The notes: generated by a model not told the origin, from the letters alone. DNA of 32,000 bases from Geotalea uraniireducens Rf4 (GCF_000016745.1 NC_009483.1:1560001-1592000), one strand, 5' to 3'. Positions 10,509 to 18,826 are shown, numbered from the stretch's first letter. Made by a program: numbers and translations.

Positions 10509-11678
10509 ATGGAAATGAAGGATTTTATCTTTACATCTGAGTCTGTCTCCGAAGGCCATCCCGACAAGGTTGCCGACCAGGTTTCCGATGCTATTCTTGA
10601 CGCTATTCTTACCCAGGACCCCAAATCGCGGGTTGCCTGCGAAACCTTGGTGACCACCGGCATGACGGTTGTTGCCGGGGAAATCACCACCAACGCCATC
10701 GTCGATTATCCGAAGATCGTCCGTGAGACCATCAAGGAAATCGGCTACAACGACTCGGCCATGGGCTTCGACTGGGAAACCTGCGCAGTGCTTACCTCCA
10801 TCGACAAGCAATCTCCGGACATCGCTCAAGGGGTTACCGAAGGCGAAGGGCTGTTCAAGGAGCAGGGGGCCGGTGACCAGGGGCTCATGTTCGGCTACGC
10901 CTGCAATGAGACGCCGGAGTTGATGCCGATGTCGATCCTGCTCTCCCACAAGCTGGTGAAGAAGCTTGCCGACGTCAGAAAGAGCGGCGTGCTGGACTTC
11001 CTTCGCCCGGATTCCAAGTCCCAGGTTTCCATCCAGTACATCAACGACAGGCCCGTGCATGTGGATACCGTGGTCATCTCTTCCCAGCATACCCCCGAGG
11101 TTTCATACGAAACCATCAAGGAAGGGATCATCGAAGAGGTCGTGAAGAAGATCATCCCTGAGGAATTGATGGACGCCAAGACCCGTTTCCTTATCAACCC
11201 GACCGGCCGGTTCGTCATCGGCGGGCCGATGGGGGACTGCGGTCTTACCGGCCGCAAGATCATCGTTGATAGCTACGGCGGGCACGGCGCCCACGGCGGC
11301 GGTGCATTCTCCGGCAAAGACCCCTCCAAGGTGGACCGTTCCGCCGCATACATGGGGCGTTACGTGGCCAAGAACCTGGTTGCCGCCGGTCTCTGCGAAA
11401 AGTGCGAAGTACAGGTGGCATACGCCATCGGCGTTGCAGAGCCTGTTTCCGTCATGGTCGATACTTCCGGCACCGGCAAGATTCCTTCTGCAAGGATCGC
11501 CCAGATTGTCCGCGAAGTCTTCGACCTCCGCCCCCGCGCCATCATCGAGCAGCTTGACCTGCTCCGTCCGATCTACAAAAAGACTGCCGCTTACGGCCAC
11601 TTCGGCCGCGAACTGCCTGAATTCACCTGGGAGCGCACCGACAAGGTTTCCATCATCAGGGAAAAGGCAGGAATTTAA
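10509..11678 (+). CDS. metK: S-adenosylmethionine synthetase
   Basis: [56 protein letters not shown]. The start is at MEMKDF (10509) after GAGGAGGA, giving 389 aa, the normal MetK length. Confidence 0.95.
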   Translation: MEMKDFIFTSESVSEGHPDKVADQVSDAILDAILTQDPKSRVACETLVTTGMTVVAGEITTNAIVDYPKIVRETIKEIGYNDSAMGFDWETCAVLTSIDKQSPDIAQGVTEGEGLFKEQGAGDQGLMFGYACNETPELMPMSILLSHKLVKKLADVRKSGVLDFLRPDSKSQVSIQYINDRPVHVDTVVISSQHTPEVSYETIKEGIIEEVVKKIIPEELMDAKTRFLINPTGRFVIGGPMGDCGLTGRKIIVDSYGGHGAHGGGAFSGKDPSKVDRSAAYMGRYVAKNLVAAGLCEKCEVQVAYAIGVAEPVSVMVDTSGTGKIPSARIAQIVREVFDLRPRAIIEQLDLLRPIYKKTAAYGHFGRELPEFTWERTDKVSIIREKAGI

Positions 11679-11687
11679 CGGCAGGCG

Positions 11688-11762
11688 CGAGGTCCGAGGT
11701 CCGAGGTCCGAGGATCGAGGATCGAGGATCGAGGATCGAGGATCGAGGATCGAGGATCGAGG
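11688..11762 (+). repeat. Heptanucleotide tandem array: (CGAGGTC)x3 (CGAGGAT)x7 CGAGG
   Basis: Counted directly. It starts 10 nt after the metK stop codon and ends 16 nt before the terminator stem. Confidence 0.95.
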
Positions 11763-11778
11763 TAAAACCCTGAATAAG

Positions 11779-11808
11779 AAAGGCCGGTGAAATTTCACCG
11801 GCCTTTTT
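11779..11808. terminator. Rho-independent (probably bidirectional) terminator shared by the convergent metK and response-regulator genes
   Basis: AAAGGCCGGTGAAA/TTTCACCGGCCTTT is a perfect stem, with TTTTATTGTTTT on the + strand and TTTCTTATT on the - strand. Confidence 0.85.
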
Positions 11809-11816
11809 ATTGTTTT

Positions 11817-13741
11817 GTGCGCCAGGCATGGCGCGTGGCGCGTAAGCGCCATCCAATTGGGTATGGTGCCTGATTGGTGACTTGGAGGTGAAAGTCCTCT
11901 TCGGACCCTGATGGTGGGAACCGATAGCTGAACAGCAAGGGTGTCCGGGGCGACCCGGAATCTGAAGGAAGCTGTAGGCAAAGTCCTGGCCCGACGAACA
12001 GGAATCGCATATGAGGCAGCCACATCTGGGCGAGAAGGCAAACAGATTCAAAGCCCGATAACCATCCAGAAAGATGTGGAAGTAGATGCGGCGGGTATAT
12101 GGGATGAAGGTCACGCGCATTACCCTGGGAGGTCTGTCAACCTGCCTTGTGCTACCGGCATCGAGAGGTGCCGGGATGGGTTGGCAGAAGTCAGCAGAGG
12201 CCATACGAGTCGGAATAACCGACCGACAAAGGGCCGAACTTGAAGTAAGCGGACAGGAGCCTTGAGTTTCGATGACGACAGGAGCAGCAGAAGGCCGGGT
12301 TGGGATACCCGGCGCCAGCCCGGAGGGTAGCGGTTGGAAACCGCGAGAGAAAGGGAGAGGTGCGGCAAACGTCACGGGAAGGAAAGCAGCTCACTGGCCG
12401 GAAGCGGCAACGGGACTGATGGAGAAGATCGTCAGTCGCGGCAACATGATGGCGGCATACTCACGGGTAATGCGCAACAAGGGAGCGCCCGGCGTCGATA
12501 ACATGCCGGTAACGGCCCTGAAGGGCTACCTACAGGAGGAATGGCCGCGCATCAGAGAAGAACTGCTGACGGGAACGTATCACCCGCAACCGGTGCGGAA
12601 AGTAGAAATTCCCAAACCGGGAGGCGGCACACGGATGCTGGGAATTCCCACCGTCCTTGACCGACTCATTCAGCAGGCGGTGCATCAAGTTTTGAGCCCG
12701 CTGTTCGACCCTGGTTTCTCCATAAGTTCCCACGGGTTTCGCCCTGGACGGAGCGCCCATCAAGCGATCAAGGCAGCTCGGAAGTATGTAGAGAGCGGCC
12801 TTAGGTGGGTGGTTGACATTGACCTTGAGAAATTTTTCGACCGAGTCCACCACGACACCCTTATGTCGCTGGTGAAACGCAAGGTTGGAGACCGTCTGGT
12901 GCTGTCCCTTATCGACAGCTACCTTAAGGCAGGGATACTTGAAGGAGGAGTGACGTCACCCCGGTTGGAAGGCACGCCGCAAGGCGGGCCTCTCTCGCCG
13001 CTGCTGTCCAACATCCTCCTCGACGAACTGGACAAGAAACTGGAAAGAAGGGGCCATAAGTTCTGCCGCTATGCCGACGACGCAAATATCTATGTTGCAA
13101 CGAGGAGAAGCGGCGAGCGTGTCATGGCCTCAATTACCGGCTACCTGTCCGAGCGGCTCAAGCTCACGGTCAACCAGGGCAAAAGCGCGGTTGACCGTCC
13201 GTGGAAAAGGTCGTTTCTGAGTTACAGCATGACCCGGCACCGCAAACCGCGGCTTACCGTGGCCAAGAAAGCGGCTGCCAGGCTCAAGGCCAACCTCAAG
13301 ACGATCTTTAGGCGGGGAAGGGGTCAGAACATCCAAACCACCGTTGAAGAGACAACCCCGAAACTTAGGGGTTGGTTAAACTACTTTCGGTACGCGGAAG
13401 TAAAAGGCATCTTCGAGGAACTGGACGGATGGCTGAGACGTAAACTGCGTCGCATTCTCTGGAAGCAGTGGAAGCGCCCCAAGACGCGAGCAAAGAAACT
13501 GATGCGGCGGGGATTATCGGAGGCAACTGCATGGCGGTCGGCCACAAACGGCCGCGGCCCCTGGTGGAATGCAGGGGCCGCGCATATGAACAAAGCTGTT
13601 CCGAAATTCTACTTCGACAAACTGGGGCTGGTATCACTCATAGACCAGCTTCACCGACTTCAACGTACTTCATGAACCGCCGTGTACGGAACCGTACGCA
13701 CGGTGGTGTGGGAGGACGGCGGGAGCAATCCCGCCTCCTAC
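11817..13741 (+). mobile_element. Group II intron, class C (IIC)-like, about 1.9 kb
   Basis: The 5' end is GTGCG at 11817. An internal RT/maturase ORF is present. Domain V-like helix at about 13678-13707 (CCGCCGTGTACGG-AA-CCGTACGCACGGTGG) has a 2-nt bulge and a CGC triad instead of AGC. A domain VI-like helix is GGAGGACGGCGGGAGCAATCCCGCCTCC, ending ..CTAC at 13741. It is inserted about 10 nt after a terminator hairpin, in the same orientation. The 3' boundary is good to a few nt only. Confidence 0.85.
12419..13675 (+). CDS. ltrA: Group II intron reverse transcriptase/maturase (no endonuclease domain)
   Basis: KGAPGVDNM (RT0/1), PKPGGGTRMLGIPTVLDRLIQQA, GTPQGGPLSPLLSNILL, RYADDANIYV (YADD catalytic box), and maturase X domain RGWLNYFRYA. 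The C-terminus is GPWWNAGAAHMNKAV..LGLVSL with no HNH. The start was set at MEKIVSRGNMM (12419); the upstream part of the track ORF is intron RNA. Confidence 0.9.
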   Translation: MEKIVSRGNMMAAYSRVMRNKGAPGVDNMPVTALKGYLQEEWPRIREELLTGTYHPQPVRKVEIPKPGGGTRMLGIPTVLDRLIQQAVHQVLSPLFDPGFSISSHGFRPGRSAHQAIKAARKYVESGLRWVVDIDLEKFFDRVHHDTLMSLVKRKVGDRLVLSLIDSYLKAGILEGGVTSPRLEGTPQGGPLSPLLSNILLDELDKKLERRGHKFCRYADDANIYVATRRSGERVMASITGYLSERLKLTVNQGKSAVDRPWKRSFLSYSMTRHRKPRLTVAKKAAARLKANLKTIFRRGRGQNIQTTVEETTPKLRGWLNYFRYAEVKGIFEELDGWLRRKLRRILWKQWKRPKTRAKKLMRRGLSEATAWRSATNGRGPWWNAGAAHMNKAVPKFYFDKLGLVSLIDQLHRLQRTS

Positions 13742-13764
13742 CCGATTTCGTCCCCAACTCCCCG

Positions 13765-13820
13765 TTCCTTTAACCTTTGTCCTCGTTCCTCTATTCTTTG
13801 TCCTCGTTCCTTTGTCCTCG
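13765..13820 (-). repeat. Heptad-periodic GGA-rich repeat array (CGAGGACAAAGGAA-type units at 14/21-nt spacing), read on the minus strand
   Basis: The minus strand reads GCGAGGACAAAGGAACGAGGACAAAGAATAGAGGAACGAGGACAAAGGTTAAAGGAACGGGG. Three copies of GGAACGAGGACAAAG are present, and the array overlaps the last codons and stop of the response-regulator gene. Confidence 0.75.
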
Positions 13821-14522
13821 CGCTTCGCGCGAAAACCTGTACCCCACCCCCCGCACCGTCTGGAAGTAGACCGGTTTTGCCGGGTCCGGCTCGAAATATT
13901 TTCGCAGCCGGACGATAAAGTTGTCGAGGGTCCGTGTCTCGGCATCGGAGGAATAGCCCCAGACGCTTTCCAGCAGAGTTTTGCGCGGTATCGCTTCCCC
14001 TTCCTTCTGGAAAAACAGGGACAGCATCTTCACTTCCAGATCGGTCAGGTCGATCTCCCCCTGGGGCGTTTTGGCCCGGTAGGAGAGGAGAAATACATCG
14101 TTGTCGCCGAAGCGGTAACCTTCTTCAACCGGCTCCGGCCGGTACCAGGCCGAACGGCGCAGCATGCCCCCCACCCGCAGCAGGAATTCATTGAGATTGA
14201 ACGGTTTGGTCAGGTAATCGTCAGCCCCGCCGGTAAGACCGGCGATCCGGTCACGCTCGTCCGAGCGGGCCGTCAACATCAGCACCGGCACCCTCGCATC
14301 GAGCTGCCGGATTTCACGGCAGACGGCAAAACCATCAATCCCCGGCAGCATCACGTCGAGGATGATGAGGTCGAAGCGTTCGTATCTGACCCGTTCCAAG
14401 GCGTCTTCCCCGGTTTCCACATGACTCACCCGGTAATTTTCCAGTTCCAGGTTGAAGCAGATCCCCCGAGCCAGGTGGATTTCGTCTTCAACCAGGAGGA
14501 TGTGCGGTTTGTCTTCGTTCAT
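13791..14522 (-). CDS. OmpR/PhoB-family DNA-binding response regulator
   Basis: ILLVEDE, LIILDVMLPGIDG, LTARS, KPF, and the C-terminal winged helix LT..E..LL..F......R..L...VWG......R.LD..I.RLRKY..TVRGVGYRF. The start is at ATG 14522, forming an ATGA overlap with the kinase stop codon. Confidence 0.9.
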   Translation of the reverse strand: MNEDKPHILLVEDEIHLARGICFNLELENYRVSHVETGEDALERVRYERFDLIILDVMLPGIDGFAVCREIRQLDARVPVLMLTARSDERDRIAGLTGGADDYLTKPFNLNEFLLRVGGMLRRSAWYRPEPVEEGYRFGDNDVFLLSYRAKTPQGEIDLTDLEVKMLSLFFQKEGEAIPRKTLLESVWGYSSDAETRTLDNFIVRLRKYFEPDPAKPVYFQTVRGVGYRFSREARGQRNEDKE

Positions 14523-15484
14523 GCGCATATGCCCCTGTCTGCAAGAGGATCTGCGAGCGGGAGGGTGATGTGGAATGTACACCCTGTCCCCAGTCCCTTG
14601 CTGGTGACGGTTATTTTTCCCCCGTGGGAGTTGATCACCGACTTGACGATGTAGAGCCCCAGGCCGGTGCCGCGGATGTTTTCACCCGGAGTCCGCACAC
14701 GGTAGAACATGTTGAAAATCCTGTCCAGATCGTTTTTGTCCAATCCCTTGCCGTTGTCCTGAAAGGTGAGCAGGCAGTTTTTGCCGCTCTTTTTCATGGT
14801 TACCCGGATGTCGGGGGAAGCGGGCGAGTAGAGGAGCGCGTTCTCGAAGAGATTGCGCAGCGCCATTTCCATTCCTTCGCTGTCGATTTCCGCCATGAGG
14901 GCGTCTTCAGTTTCGATGGTGAGCCTTCCCCCCTCGGGAAGCTCGCTCCGTTTCCTTTCCATGTATTCCTTGACGAAGGCGGAGAAATCAATGGTCTTTA
15001 GTTCCACTGCCAGTTGCCGGTATTCGATGCGGGTGGCCATCAGAAGGTTGCTGATGAGATTGTTGAGCCGCCCGGTGTCCGACAGCATGGTGTCGAGGAA
15101 ATTATCCAGCTTTTCCCGTGGTGGGTTACGCAGTTTGATGGTTTCCAGATGGAGCTGGATGGAGGCGAGGGGGGATTTCAGCTCATGGGTCAACTGGGAC
15201 ATGAAGCTCCGCTGCTGCTGATAGAGCTTTGCCTGACGCCGCCAGTAGAGAAAGATGACGTAGACCCCTGCCAGGATGAGCAGGAGCATCAGGAGCCCTT
15301 CCACGAGCACCAGCCAGTTAAGCCCGTGGCTGATCAGTTCCGGCTTGTAGCGCTGTGCCAGGTCCCGGAATTCCCTGTTGCGGCCGAGGAACCAGTAGAT
15401 CCAGAATATGACGAGCAGTATCCATACCAGCTGGATACCGATTAAAGCAGAGAGTGGGGTAAAGAGTTTTTTATACCATTTCAT
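14519..15484 (-). CDS. Sensor histidine kinase (2 TM, HisKA + HATPase_c)
   Basis: H-box is SFMSQLTHELKSPLASI, N-box is LFENALLYS, and the G-boxes are QDNGKGL and GTGLGLYIVK. Two N-terminal TM helices are separated by only a short loop. Confidence 0.9.
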   Translation of the reverse strand: MKWYKKLFTPLSALIGIQLVWILLVIFWIYWFLGRNREFRDLAQRYKPELISHGLNWLVLVEGLLMLLLILAGVYVIFLYWRRQAKLYQQQRSFMSQLTHELKSPLASIQLHLETIKLRNPPREKLDNFLDTMLSDTGRLNNLISNLLMATRIEYRQLAVELKTIDFSAFVKEYMERKRSELPEGGRLTIETEDALMAEIDSEGMEMALRNLFENALLYSPASPDIRVTMKKSGKNCLLTFQDNGKGLDKNDLDRIFNMFYRVRTPGENIRGTGLGLYIVKSVINSHGGKITVTSKGLGTGCTFHITLPLADPLADRGICA

Positions 15485-15571
15485 GGTTTCTGTGTAGCAT
15501 CCGCTACAGCAATTTGCAAGGGGTTATTTACGGCGCAGAAGCGGGCGCTTATGTAGGCTGATGCAAAAGAA

Positions 15572-15602
15572 AACGGTCGCTTTCCATAAAAAAGCGACCG
15601 TT
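15572..15602 (-). terminator. Rho-independent terminator downstream of the MerR-family gene
   Basis: AACGGTCGCTTT-loop-AAAGCGACCGTT, followed on the minus strand by TTCTTTTG. Confidence 0.6.
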
Positions 15603-15630
15603 GGTAGAGCGGGAAAGTGGGGTGCGGCAA

Positions 15631-16035
15631 TTATCCCCGGCTGACATTGAAGCGCTCGACCATCTTCTGTCGGTAGTCGACAATCTCTTTTCGCAACAAC
15701 GCCAGTTTAGCCATCTTCTCGTCAACCTTGTTAATGTGCATGTCCAATACTTCGATCAGGCGCGGGATCATTTTTTCGGTTTGCTTGGCATCGCCGTAGG
15801 CTATGTATAAATCCTGCATCTCCTTTATGGTCAGACCAAGATCTTTCAGTTTCATGATGAACTTGATCCGCCTGACGTAATAGGGGGTATACCCCCTGGT
15901 CCCGCCATCCGTTCGTTCGACGGATTCTATGATGCCCACTTCCTCCCAGTAACGGAGAGTCCTGGTTGTCAGTCCCAGCGATTTTGCCACATCGCCAATC
16001 GATTCTGCTACTTCATCGCCTCTTAATGTGTTCAT
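15631..16035 (-). CDS. MerR-family transcriptional regulator
   Basis: The HTH is IGDVAKSLGLTTRTLRYWEEVGII...R...G.R.Y, followed by a coiled-coil dimerisation helix. SD AAAGGTGA is upstream. Confidence 0.9.
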   Translation of the reverse strand: MNTLRGDEVAESIGDVAKSLGLTTRTLRYWEEVGIIESVERTDGGTRGYTPYYVRRIKFIMKLKDLGLTIKEMQDLYIAYGDAKQTEKMIPRLIEVLDMHINKVDEKMAKLALLRKEIVDYRQKMVERFNVSRG

Positions 16036-16061
16036 GGATTCACCTTTACGTAAGATAAGTC

Positions 16062-16090
16062 AGGATAGATTGTATTTGAGCCTTTGTCAA
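16062..16090 (-). promoter_or_regulatory. Sigma70-type promoter for the MerR-family gene
   Basis: On the minus strand: TTGACA, a 17-nt spacer, then TATCCT, about 25 nt upstream of the ATG. Confidence 0.45.
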
Positions 16091-16556
16091 TGTTTAAGCT
16101 GGGCTTGATTCGCTCGTTGTTGTTGGTGTGGATGTCCGGGTCGTGGATGTTTTGGTGCAAGTAAAAAAATGTTTTATTTGCGCTTGACATAAACGTAAAC
16201 TGCGGATATTTTATTTCTACAGGTGACAAATGTAGTAGCAAGCGGCGTAACTACTTGAACTGTGGTGGCAACAAGTAGGGCGATTGGATGGCTGCTGTTT
16301 TGCGATTTGACATGCACGTTAGTGTGATGTGCGGCGTATTGGTTGGTGTTAATGTTGTAGTGGCCGTTTGTGATCATATTCCGCACATAGTTTGCCGCAT
16401 AATTGATGCCTGCTGACTGAGTTGTAATTCAGTGTTTTATTATAATGATAATCTTGGTGTTAATGAATGTTAGTAAGGTCGGGATTGTTGGCTGAAATGC
16501 ATAACCGCACTTGGCGTTATAGGTGATAGCTGGAATATAACAGAACGGAGGTTTAT

Positions 16557-18116
16557 ATGGGCGAGCTACGCAAGAGGATCAGAAAGACCAGTCTCCATGC
16601 AAGGATCATGAGCGCTGAGGATACCGTCCCGTTTTTCAAGAACGGCATGGACCTGGGCTGGTCAGGCTTTACGCCGGTCGGCTATCCGAAGGTGGTTCCC
16701 GCTGCGCTGGCGGACCATGTGGAGAAGAACGGCCTGCAAGGGAAGATGCGCTTCAACCTCTTCATCGGTGCCTCCATCGGCGGCGAAGTCGAGGACCGCT
16801 GGGCGAGCCTGCAGATGACCGATAAGCGCTGGCCCTACCAGACCGGCAAGGTGATCCAGAAACAGGTCAATGACGGTACGGTGCGCATGGGGGACAAGCA
16901 CCTGTCGCTATACGCCCAGGACCTGGCTTACGGCTTTTACACCAAGGATAATGGCGGCAGGTTCGATCTCGGTCTGATCGAGGCGAGCGGCATCACCGAG
17001 GACGGCGGGATCATCCTGGCAGGCTCCATCGGTGTCGCCCCTGAAGTCATCCAGAACGCGGATAAGCTGATCATCGAGATCAATACCGCAATCCCGTCCT
17101 TCGAGGGGCTCCACGACATCGTCATGACCGAGCGCCCCCCTTTCAAAAAACCCTATCTGGTCACACGGGTCGACGACCGGGTCGGTTCCCTCCATGTGCC
17201 GTGCGACCCTGACAAGATCGTCGCCATCGTCGAATCGCGGATGCCGGATAACGGCCGCCCCCTCTCTCCGCCGGACGAGATCTCGGAACAGATCGCAGCC
17301 AACATCCTCGACTTTTTCCAGTTCGAGGTAAAGGCAGGCCGCCTGCCGAAAAATTTGCTGCCCCTCCAGTCGGGGGTGGGGAACATCGCCAATGCCGTGG
17401 TCGGCGGTATGGTAAAGGGACCCTTTGCCAACGTCAAGGTCTGGACCGAGGTTCTCCAGGATACCATGCTCGACTTCTTCGATTCCGGCAAGCTCGATTT
17501 CGCTTCCTCCACCTCCCTTTCCCTGTCGGTTGACGGATTCAAACGTCTCTATGCCGACTGGGAAAAGTACACCAGCCGGGTGGTGCTCCGCCCCATACAG
17601 TTCAGCAACCATCCTGAGGCGATCCGCCGCCTTGGTGTCATCGCCATGAACACCCCGGTCGAATTCGATATCTACGGCCACGCCAACTCCACTTTGGTCG
17701 GGGGCACCCGGATGATCAACGGCATCGGCGGCTCCGGCGACTTCCTCCGCAATGCCTATCTCTCCATCATGCATACACCCTCCACCCGTCCGAGCAAGAG
17801 CGACCCGACCGGCATCACCTGCGTCGTGCCGATGGTTCCCCATGTGGATCACACCGAGCATGACCTGGACGTACTGGTCACCGAGCAGGGGCTGGCCGAC
17901 CTGCGCGGCCTCTGCCCGCGGGAGAGGGCGAAGGAAATAGTCGACAAGTGCGTTCACTCCGATTACAAGCCGATCATGCAGGACTATTTCGAGCGGGCCA
18001 GGCGCGAGTGTTTTGAACGGAATGTCGGCCATGAGCCGCACATGCTCTTCAAGGTCTTCAAGATGCAGCAGAAGCTTGCTGAAAAAGGAACCATGAAAAT
18101 TGACAACTGGGATTGA
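16557..18116 (+). CDS. Acetyl-CoA hydrolase/transferase family protein (succinyl-CoA:acetate CoA-transferase-like)
   Basis: 519 aa. The sequence reads SAEDTVPFFKNGMDLGWSGFTPVGYPK..., then a GVGNIANAV segment, then ...NGIGGSGDF. These motifs and the length are typical of the AarC/Ach1/Ato family. Confidence 0.9.
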   Translation: MGELRKRIRKTSLHARIMSAEDTVPFFKNGMDLGWSGFTPVGYPKVVPAALADHVEKNGLQGKMRFNLFIGASIGGEVEDRWASLQMTDKRWPYQTGKVIQKQVNDGTVRMGDKHLSLYAQDLAYGFYTKDNGGRFDLGLIEASGITEDGGIILAGSIGVAPEVIQNADKLIIEINTAIPSFEGLHDIVMTERPPFKKPYLVTRVDDRVGSLHVPCDPDKIVAIVESRMPDNGRPLSPPDEISEQIAANILDFFQFEVKAGRLPKNLLPLQSGVGNIANAVVGGMVKGPFANVKVWTEVLQDTMLDFFDSGKLDFASSTSLSLSVDGFKRLYADWEKYTSRVVLRPIQFSNHPEAIRRLGVIAMNTPVEFDIYGHANSTLVGGTRMINGIGGSGDFLRNAYLSIMHTPSTRPSKSDPTGITCVVPMVPHVDHTEHDLDVLVTEQGLADLRGLCPRERAKEIVDKCVHSDYKPIMQDYFERARRECFERNVGHEPHMLFKVFKMQQKLAEKGTMKIDNWD

Positions 18117-18119
18117 TGC

Positions 18120-18428
18120 ATGTGTTCACCTGGCGCAAACGCAAGCCGGAAGTGCAACAGTACGAGTCCGTACCAGGTGCAGAGTGTGGTAAATGCACTT
18201 GATCTGCTTGAAACCCTGGCGGAAGAGACGCACAACCTCACCGTTTCGTACCTTGCTCATAAGCTGGGTTTGAGCCGGAACAAGGTGACCAGGTTGTTGG
18301 CCATTCTGGAGAAGCGCGAACTGGTGGTATGCGACGCCATCAGCGGGGGGTACAGTCTGGGGCTTTCGGCAGTGGGGCTTGCCCAGAGTTTTCTGAGGAA
18401 TGTAACTGGAAAAGGGGGGGGTGACTGA
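18120..18428 (+). CDS. IclR-type HTH domain protein, lacking the effector-binding domain
   Basis: VQSVVNALDLLETLAEETHNLTVSYLAHKLGLSRNKVTRLLAILEKRELV matches the IclR N-terminal wHTH, but the ORF stops after about 100 aa. The start codon is uncertain because no clear SD is present. Confidence 0.5.
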   Translation: MCSPGANASRKCNSTSPYQVQSVVNALDLLETLAEETHNLTVSYLAHKLGLSRNKVTRLLAILEKRELVVCDAISGGYSLGLSAVGLAQSFLRNVTGKGGGD

Positions 18429-18506
18429 ATATCGGCTAACCTATCGATGATGTAATGGGATGCGGATCGGCGCGGGGTCAAATTTATCGGTAAAGGAGCA
18501 CAAACC

Positions 18507-18815
18507 ATGGCAGAACGAAAGTACGACTGGGGTGAGATAGCACGAAATTCCAAGTATCTGCAATTAAAGAGCAAGAAAAGGACATTTCTCTTCGGCTGGT
18601 GGATCGCATCTTCGATTTATTACTTCTCGTTGCCGCTCCTCTCCGGCTATGTTCCCGATTTGTTCAAAATCAAAATAATCGGCGTCATCAACTTCGGTTA
18701 CCTGTTCATCCTGTCCCAATTCGTCATGTCGTTCTTTGTGGCGATCTACTATACAAAGGTCGCCAACAGCGAATTCGACCGTTTGACCGATGAACTCGTC
18801 AGTGAAATTCAATAA
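18507..18815 (+). CDS. DUF485 (YjcH-like) inner-membrane protein
   Basis: 102 aa with two TM helices, SD AAAGGAG upstream, and a position immediately upstream of actP as in yjcH-actP operons. Confidence 0.85.
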   Translation: MAERKYDWGEIARNSKYLQLKSKKRTFLFGWWIASSIYYFSLPLLSGYVPDLFKIKIIGVINFGYLFILSQFVMSFFVAIYYTKVANSEFDRLTDELVSEIQ

Positions 18816-18826
18816 GGAGGTGATAC

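Noticed and set aside
11688-11762. Heptamer arrays (also 13765-13820 and 21791-21975) as a CRISPR array
   Set aside because: The units are 7 nt (or 14/21 nt) and directly abutting, with no unique spacers and no 24-48-nt repeats. No cas genes are in the window.
11103-12375. Minus-strand ORFs 11103-12041 and 11656-12375, with SSILDPRSSILDPR repeats
   Set aside because: They span the metK 3' end, the heptamer array, the terminator and the group II intron ribozyme domains. The repeated peptide is simply the translated heptanucleotide array.
16032-16386. Minus-strand ORFs 16032-16241 and 16174-16386 in the long intergenic region
   Set aside because: They have no SD, overlap each other, and carry His/Asn/Thr/Val-rich low-information translations that mirror the CA-rich minus-strand composition. 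The first would also overlap the MerR promoter and start codon region.
18411-18470. G8 homopolymer as a frameshift or phase-variation site restoring a full-length IclR regulator
   Set aside because: All three forward frames hit stop codons within about 40 nt downstream of the tract, and the DUF485 gene starts at 18507. No effector-domain coding sequence exists to be restored.
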